NCBI GenBank assembly: GCA_049423385.1
Contig: JBMSQQ010000022.1
Coordinates: 1-41,160, forward strand
Direction of reading: 5' to 3'
Source of the DNA: Silvanigrellaceae bacterium
Lineage (GTDB): Bacteria; Bdellovibrionota_B; Oligoflexia; Silvanigrellales; Silvanigrellaceae
DNA: 41,160 nucleotides
This document shows positions 36,621 through 41,160 of this stretch, piece by piece (the stretch's first letter is position 1; each line of letters opens with the position of its first letter). A model generated the notes under the pieces. That model had not been told where the DNA came from. It was given only the letters and a program-made list of their open reading frames with translations, and did not search any database. The position numbers and the translations under genes are program-made.

Positions 36621-37763
36621 TCAATTGCAGGCGAGAGCTGAAAAATTTCCACTCAATTCGACATTCATTTTTCCACCTGAGATCTTTGACAGATCACAGC
36701 CCAGAATGACAGGCAAAAGAGTCTTGAAATTTTCTTCGAACTTGCCTTTCAGAACAAGCGCAAGATTCAACTTGACGTCGTTGACTCCCAGATTATCCAT
36801 GAGATTCATCCTGCCAGAAAGACCCACAGAAATATCATTGGCAACAAGCTTTGTCTCCGGGGGAATTTCAATGGATTTTTTGCCCAACTTCATCTTTATT
36901 CTGGCTTCGCTGAACTCTTGTCGCGGAATCGCCAGCGTCTCATCCTTCATTTCAAAGTAGGCCTTGCCGATTTTCAAATCAACATCGGCAGTGGCCTTGT
37001 CCATGGACTCACCCGCATCCGGCAAATCAATTTTAGCAACGCCGGAAATCTGTCCGCTAACCTCGGTTCTCAGAAACGGTTGAATTGTTTGCAATGCGGG
37101 ATTGTTTCCAGACCTCACGAATGCCAAAGCCTGTGAAACAAATGGCATGATCTCAAACGTGGAAAAAACAACACGAATGTGACCCGAGGGCAAATGCGAA
37201 CTGGGAGTTCTGGCATTTTTTATGATCGATGCGATGCTGTCATTCACATTCACCTCCAGACTTCCTCCGGATTGAGTCAGACGCACATCCACATCTATCT
37301 TTCCAATGAAAAGGGGTAACACATTCAATGACGCAACGGCACGACCAATTTTTACATTGGCTGAAGAATCGTTCACGTTGGAGACCTGTATATCCTCGAG
37401 GTTTGCGCCAACCGGAAATTTTGGTCTGAAACTCCCGATGCTGATTCGAATGGGCAATTTTTGTTGAATAAAAATCTCGTTCAACTTGCTGACCGCGACT
37501 TCGTTGACAACATTGAATGGGAAAGACAAGTAAAGAAACACGAGAAATGAAACAAAACCAACGCTTGCATAGGTCAGTATCGTCTTTGTTCTTTTCCCCT
37601 TCTTGATTCTGTGCGCAACCGTATCGCCCCACAGTTCGCCACCGAACTGTGAGCGTGCAGGCACGGCAGACAGTGTGGGGTTATCCAGAATTTCACTCTT
37701 GTCGGCAGCAAGAACAGGAATATCTTCTGCTATAAGACTGTTTGTTGGTAGATTCTTATCCAT
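36621..37763 (-). CDS. gspN: Type II secretion system protein N
   Basis: Single TM followed by FP ('FLYLSFPF'), AsmA-like beta-rich body, LPLFIGK; lies downstream of gspL and gspM. Start at 37763 or 37772. Confidence 0.75.
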   Translation of the reverse strand: MDKNLPTNSLIAEDIPVLAADKSEILDNPTLSAVPARSQFGGELWGDTVAHRIKKGKRTKTILTYASVGFVSFLVFLYLSFPFNVVNEVAVSKLNEIFIQQKLPIRISIGSFRPKFPVGANLEDIQVSNVNDSSANVKIGRAVASLNVLPLFIGKIDVDVRLTQSGGSLEVNVNDSIASIIKNARTPSSHLPSGHIRVVFSTFEIMPFVSQALAFVRSGNNPALQTIQPFLRTEVSGQISGVAKIDLPDAGESMDKATADVDLKIGKAYFEMKDETLAIPRQEFSEARIKMKLGKKSIEIPPETKLVANDISVGLSGRMNLMDNLGVNDVKLNLALVLKGKFEENFKTLLPVILGCDLSKISGGKMNVELSGNFSALACN

Positions 37764-37787
37764 TTCTGGCAAGCTCCATTGCTTCTT

Positions 37788-38462
37788 TCATTTCTTAGGC
37801 TCGATTCCATCAACAGCAAATGTTGCATCAAAATATATTTTGTTCTGATAAAGTCCTTTTATCCTCAGGTCTGAAACGCGCAGCATTTTATCGTCTGACT
37901 CGATTGCAACAACGAAATCTATGATTTTCTTGAGACTGACATTTGAAACCCGGAATTCCGAACGGGTCGACTTATACTTTTCAGCAAGCAAAGTTCCTTT
38001 GATGAAATCTTTTTCGCTTGACGCCTTGTCGGTTTTTGTGTTGCCGCTGATCTGCAGATCAAGGGACTTTGCCTTCTCTTCCAAAAGAGACAAGATCTGA
38101 AGACTCGATGTGACATTGGAAATTCTGCGATCGAGTTCGTCGAATTTCCTTTTGTTGACTGCAAATTCAACCTGCTTTGCCCGAAGTTTGTTTACAGCCT
38201 GAAATGATTGATCCAGTCGCATTTGCAAGCTGCTGAGCGCCGAAAGGTAAAGCGCAATGAAACCAAAAACCGTCAGACCAGCAAGAAGAAAGGCTCCCGC
38301 GACCACAGCAGTTCGGCCTTCCGAAGGAAGCTTGAAGTAGCTATCCATGAAATATTCGATACGTTCGTTCTGCTTGCCAAAGATAAATTCCCTCACCGGC
38401 AATAACCAGCGTGGTATCGAGTCTGAGGTTTGCTCAATAGACTCCTGGCCTGGAGCATTCAT
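37788..38462 (-). CDS. gspM: Type II secretion system protein M (PilO-like)
   Basis: N-terminal TM, coiled coil and ferredoxin-like C-domain (VSLKKIIDFVVAIE..LRVSDLRIK); position between gspL and gspN. Confidence 0.72.
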   Translation of the reverse strand: MNAPGQESIEQTSDSIPRWLLPVREFIFGKQNERIEYFMDSYFKLPSEGRTAVVAGAFLLAGLTVFGFIALYLSALSSLQMRLDQSFQAVNKLRAKQVEFAVNKRKFDELDRRISNVTSSLQILSLLEEKAKSLDLQISGNTKTDKASSEKDFIKGTLLAEKYKSTRSEFRVSNVSLKKIIDFVVAIESDDKMLRVSDLRIKGLYQNKIYFDATFAVDGIEPKK

Positions 38463-38463
38463 C

Positions 38464-40161
38464 TTAGTTCACCTCTTTGATTGTTGCTGTCATGCTGAAT
38501 TTGACCTTGTCGGAACCTGGAATGCGCTCCGGATTGTTCACTTTCACACTCTGAAAGCTGCCAACTCCACGAATGATCGTTCCCAGTTTTTCAGCTGTGG
38601 CGAGGTCTACTGTTTCGCCTTCAATGTCTGCGGTTCCATTGGCATGTACGTGGAAATTTGTAATGTCCACGGTAATCTTCTTGTCAATTGCCAGCGAAAC
38701 GTCGCGCAGGACCTTGAGTGGCACTGCACTTTTGAGATTCAGGAAATTTTCGATCGCCGCCTTTTTGGACTGATTGTCCTGATCCATAATCTTGAACGCT
38801 CGTTCCGAATAATTCTTCAGATCCCAATTTGACTGGCTCGAAATGTTTTTCAGCTCCTTCGGCTCAGATCCGAGGGTTTGTTTGATCTCCGTCTGGAATT
38901 GCTTTTTCAATGTATCGATCTGGTCCGAATACAACCACCAACGAATGGAATAACTGCCCATCAAGCAAGCAACAAGTCCGAACGCAAGTAGGGAAATGTT
39001 TGCGATTTGCTTGAAGACTGCATCATAGCTACCGACAAGCGCGAGCTCGCCCTTTCGCAGGTTGATTTGGGAATGCAGTTTACCTGGAACTCCCCGCATT
39101 GCGATCGCCAACGCTTGGGAAAGGATGGTGCCTTTATCGTCGTCCGCTTCATCGATTTTCAATCGTGACTCATCGAAGCTCATCAGTTTGATGGGAATCT
39201 CAATTGAATCCTCAAGAAAATTCACGATATTCCTGATACAGGCGGTGCCGCCGGTCACGAGTATCTGAGATGGAACCAGTCTTTCTTGTGCCTTGAAGGA
39301 ATGCAGCGTGCGGATGATTTCTTTCACAAGATCTGTGGCTGCAAGACCCATTTGCTGCGCAACCATGAATTCACGTTCGTTGCCAGGCGCAGGAACTGAC
39401 TCCGGCTTGTATTCGAGATAACTCACAGCATGCTTCAAACGCTGAGCTTCGCCGTAGGTTACGCCAAGCCCTTTCGAGAGCATCTCTGTAATATAACGCC
39501 CACCCATTCGAATTGTTCTTGCGGTAACAAAATTGTTTCCGTTGAAGAGAATCATCGCCGTTTTCATGTGACCAATATCAAGGATAAGCTTGCAGCGATC
39601 ACCCGGATCCCAAACGGGATTTCTCAGGTCCTGTGGAGCGTGCGATCGCGATTCGCTGAAGTTCAGGAAAGAATAGAGGTTGATATAAGTGAGATAATCG
39701 ACATCGATGACCTTTGGTTCGATTTCCAAATCTTTAAGCGCAGAGAGAAAGGCTTCGATATTTTCCATGCGGCACATGGCCGACAAAACATTGGTCGTGC
39801 CGCCCGTGACGTCGATGATCTGCTGATCGATGATTGTCTCTTCGAGAGAAAAAGGCGCATTGGTTTCCAGCTCATTCTGCACAACCAACGGCACGTCGCG
39901 TTTTTTGACATTTTGAAAATTGAAAGTACGGGTAGAGACCAGCAAACCATTCATTGCAGTGTAGGTGCGATCGACTTCGATCGAGTTTTCGCTGAATAAC
40001 TGGCGAATCGCCGAATATTCAACCAACTCCTGCTCAATCCCCTCAATTTCGGGCACTGCCACTTCATAAAACCGCTCGACACGATAGGCATTGAACGTCT
40101 GCGTGATTTCGACAGCCTTGATGCTGTAGCTTCCAAAATCCAATCCCAAAATTTTCTGCAT
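38464..40161 (-). CDS. gspL: Type II secretion system protein L (PilM-like actin domain fused to PilN-like periplasmic domain)
   Basis: ILGLDFGSYSIK, LDIGH, AQRLKH, VTGGTA and INLRKGE, then a TM and a periplasmic domain. GAGGAG RBS. Confidence 0.82.
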   Translation of the reverse strand: MQKILGLDFGSYSIKAVEITQTFNAYRVERFYEVAVPEIEGIEQELVEYSAIRQLFSENSIEVDRTYTAMNGLLVSTRTFNFQNVKKRDVPLVVQNELETNAPFSLEETIIDQQIIDVTGGTTNVLSAMCRMENIEAFLSALKDLEIEPKVIDVDYLTYINLYSFLNFSESRSHAPQDLRNPVWDPGDRCKLILDIGHMKTAMILFNGNNFVTARTIRMGGRYITEMLSKGLGVTYGEAQRLKHAVSYLEYKPESVPAPGNEREFMVAQQMGLAATDLVKEIIRTLHSFKAQERLVPSQILVTGGTACIRNIVNFLEDSIEIPIKLMSFDESRLKIDEADDDKGTILSQALAIAMRGVPGKLHSQINLRKGELALVGSYDAVFKQIANISLLAFGLVACLMGSYSIRWWLYSDQIDTLKKQFQTEIKQTLGSEPKELKNISSQSNWDLKNYSERAFKIMDQDNQSKKAAIENFLNLKSAVPLKVLRDVSLAIDKKITVDITNFHVHANGTADIEGETVDLATAEKLGTIIRGVGSFQSVKVNNPERIPGSDKVKFSMTATIKEVN

Positions 40162-40400
40162 TTTTAGAACTGCTCCTCTCGCCGCACGGAATCCGATCCT
40201 GCAATGGTAGACAGACAGCTGACGGAATCAATAGATTGTAACCGATCGGCCCGGACAACCAGGATGCCAATTCAATGGCAACGCTTTGGAGGCATGAGTG
40301 ACAATCGGGCAACTCCCGTCACTTGTGCGACTGTCAATTTGGCCAACGGACTGGTAACCTGCATCTGTTGCACCACAAAATGCGAGGAGTCCGCGCATCG

Positions 40401-41160
40401 ATGTTTCGCGCGAGTGAAAAGAAGGAATCAGAAGAGCTGATTGTTCGGCGAATCGCACGCCGGCTTGATCGTTACCTTTCTGAAATGGAACGTAGCCTTT
40501 CCACTCAACCTCAAACAGTTGAAGAGAAAACACAGATCATCGCAATTTCCGCGATGCCTCTGGGTGCGGGCCACGACCGTACAGCGGGCGGGTCACCGAA
40601 ACAAGGTGCAACTCCCGACTTCAAAGATACGAACGTAAAGGTTGCTTCGAAGGATATCCATGTCGATTCTCCTGTTGAAAGCCAATTTGGCGGTCTGGTC
40701 GTGGAATTTGAGGATTCCGTAAAATCATCATCCACGGCTGCAGAACCCTTGAATGTGAAGCCAACAACGTTGAATCAGACGTCGCAAGCCGTTTTTGCAG
40801 ATGTTGAAGTGACCGAAATCGAGGTTCCGCCTCCAGGGGCACCTCCACTGTCACAAATTGGTTTCGATAGTTCTCCTGTGCCAACGCCACCTGCGCCGCC
40901 CGCGCCGCCTGTGGCAAAAGCTTCACCAACTCCACCACCACCGCCACCTGCTCCGCCGGCCGCACCACCTGCGCCGCCAGCGCCGCCTGTGGCAAAAGCT
41001 GCACCAACTCCACCACCACCGCCGCCACCTGCTGCGCCGGCCGCACCACCCGCGCCGCCCGTTCCACCCGTGGCAAAAGCTTCACCAACTCCACCACCAC
41101 CGCCCCCTGCTCCGCCGGCCGCACCACCTGCGCCGCCAGCGCCGCCTGTGGCAAAAGCTG
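40401..41160 (+). CDS. Proline-rich repeat protein, 3'-truncated by window (absent from ORF track)
   Basis: I translated from ATG 40401 (GAGGAG upstream): MFRASEKKESEELIVRRIARRLDRYLSEMERSL...PPAPPAPPVAKASPTPPPPPP... with no stop before the window end. Confidence 0.8.
   Translation, partial: MFRASEKKESEELIVRRIARRLDRYLSEMERSLSTQPQTVEEKTQIIAISAMPLGAGHDRTAGGSPKQGATPDFKDTNVKVASKDIHVDSPVESQFGGLVVEFEDSVKSSSTAAEPLNVKPTTLNQTSQAVFADVEVTEIEVPPPGAPPLSQIGFDSSPVPTPPAPPAPPVAKASPTPPPPPPAPPAAPPAPPAPPVAKAAPTPPPPPPPAAPAAPPAPPVPPVAKASPTPPPPPPAPPAAPPAPPAPPVAKA
40887..41160 (+). repeat. 78/81-bp coding tandem repeat (PVAKA[S/A]PTP6-7A[P/A]PAAPPAPP[A/V]P)
   Basis: GTGGCAAAAGCT recurs at 40911, 40989, 41070 and 41148 (spacings 78, 81, 78). 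Confidence 0.95.

Noticed and set aside
40621..41154. 177-aa minus-strand ORF with repeats (QAALAAQVVRP...)
   Set aside because: It is the antisense shadow of the + strand proline-rich ORF, which has an RBS and a longer open frame. It is not gspK.

Overview
Bacterial chromosomal window of about 35 CDSs, with no rRNA, tRNA, CRISPR array, integrase or transposase that I can support. Gene content suggests a Bdellovibrionota/Oligoflexia-like or other former delta-proteobacterium (inference): PilM-like GspL with GspM/GspN, a large NAD-glutamate dehydrogenase, a TraF/FadL-like barrel, many lipoproteins and sigma28-like motifs. Core genes are yebC, fadI-fadJ, a cyclophilin, thrS, fabD, map, NAD-GDH, an AI-2E transporter, a UbiD-family decarboxylase, a Nit1-like amidase and gspL-M-N. 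There are two accessory-looking blocks. (i) 9.8-15.7 kb: an unknown exported protein, a HEPN-MNT toxin-antitoxin pair whose antitoxin start appears frameshifted at an A8 tract, a NUDIX hydrolase, and a ~1150-aa lipoprotein. That lipoprotein has seven ~106-aa beta-rich repeats, a monoheme cytochrome c domain inserted inside repeat 6, two Cys-rich domains and a PTAA linker. (ii) 17.9-23.1 kb: a stress-flavoured cluster (Hsp20, OB-fold protein, EEP nuclease, Zn-finger microprotein, FeS photolyase, KGG protein). Other notable items are a thrS-leader hairpin with a Thr-anticodon-like loop, a catalytically degenerate GT4-TPR protein, and a polyproline tandem-repeat ORF missed by the ORF track that runs off the window end. 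All family calls come from motif recognition by eye; no database searches were run.
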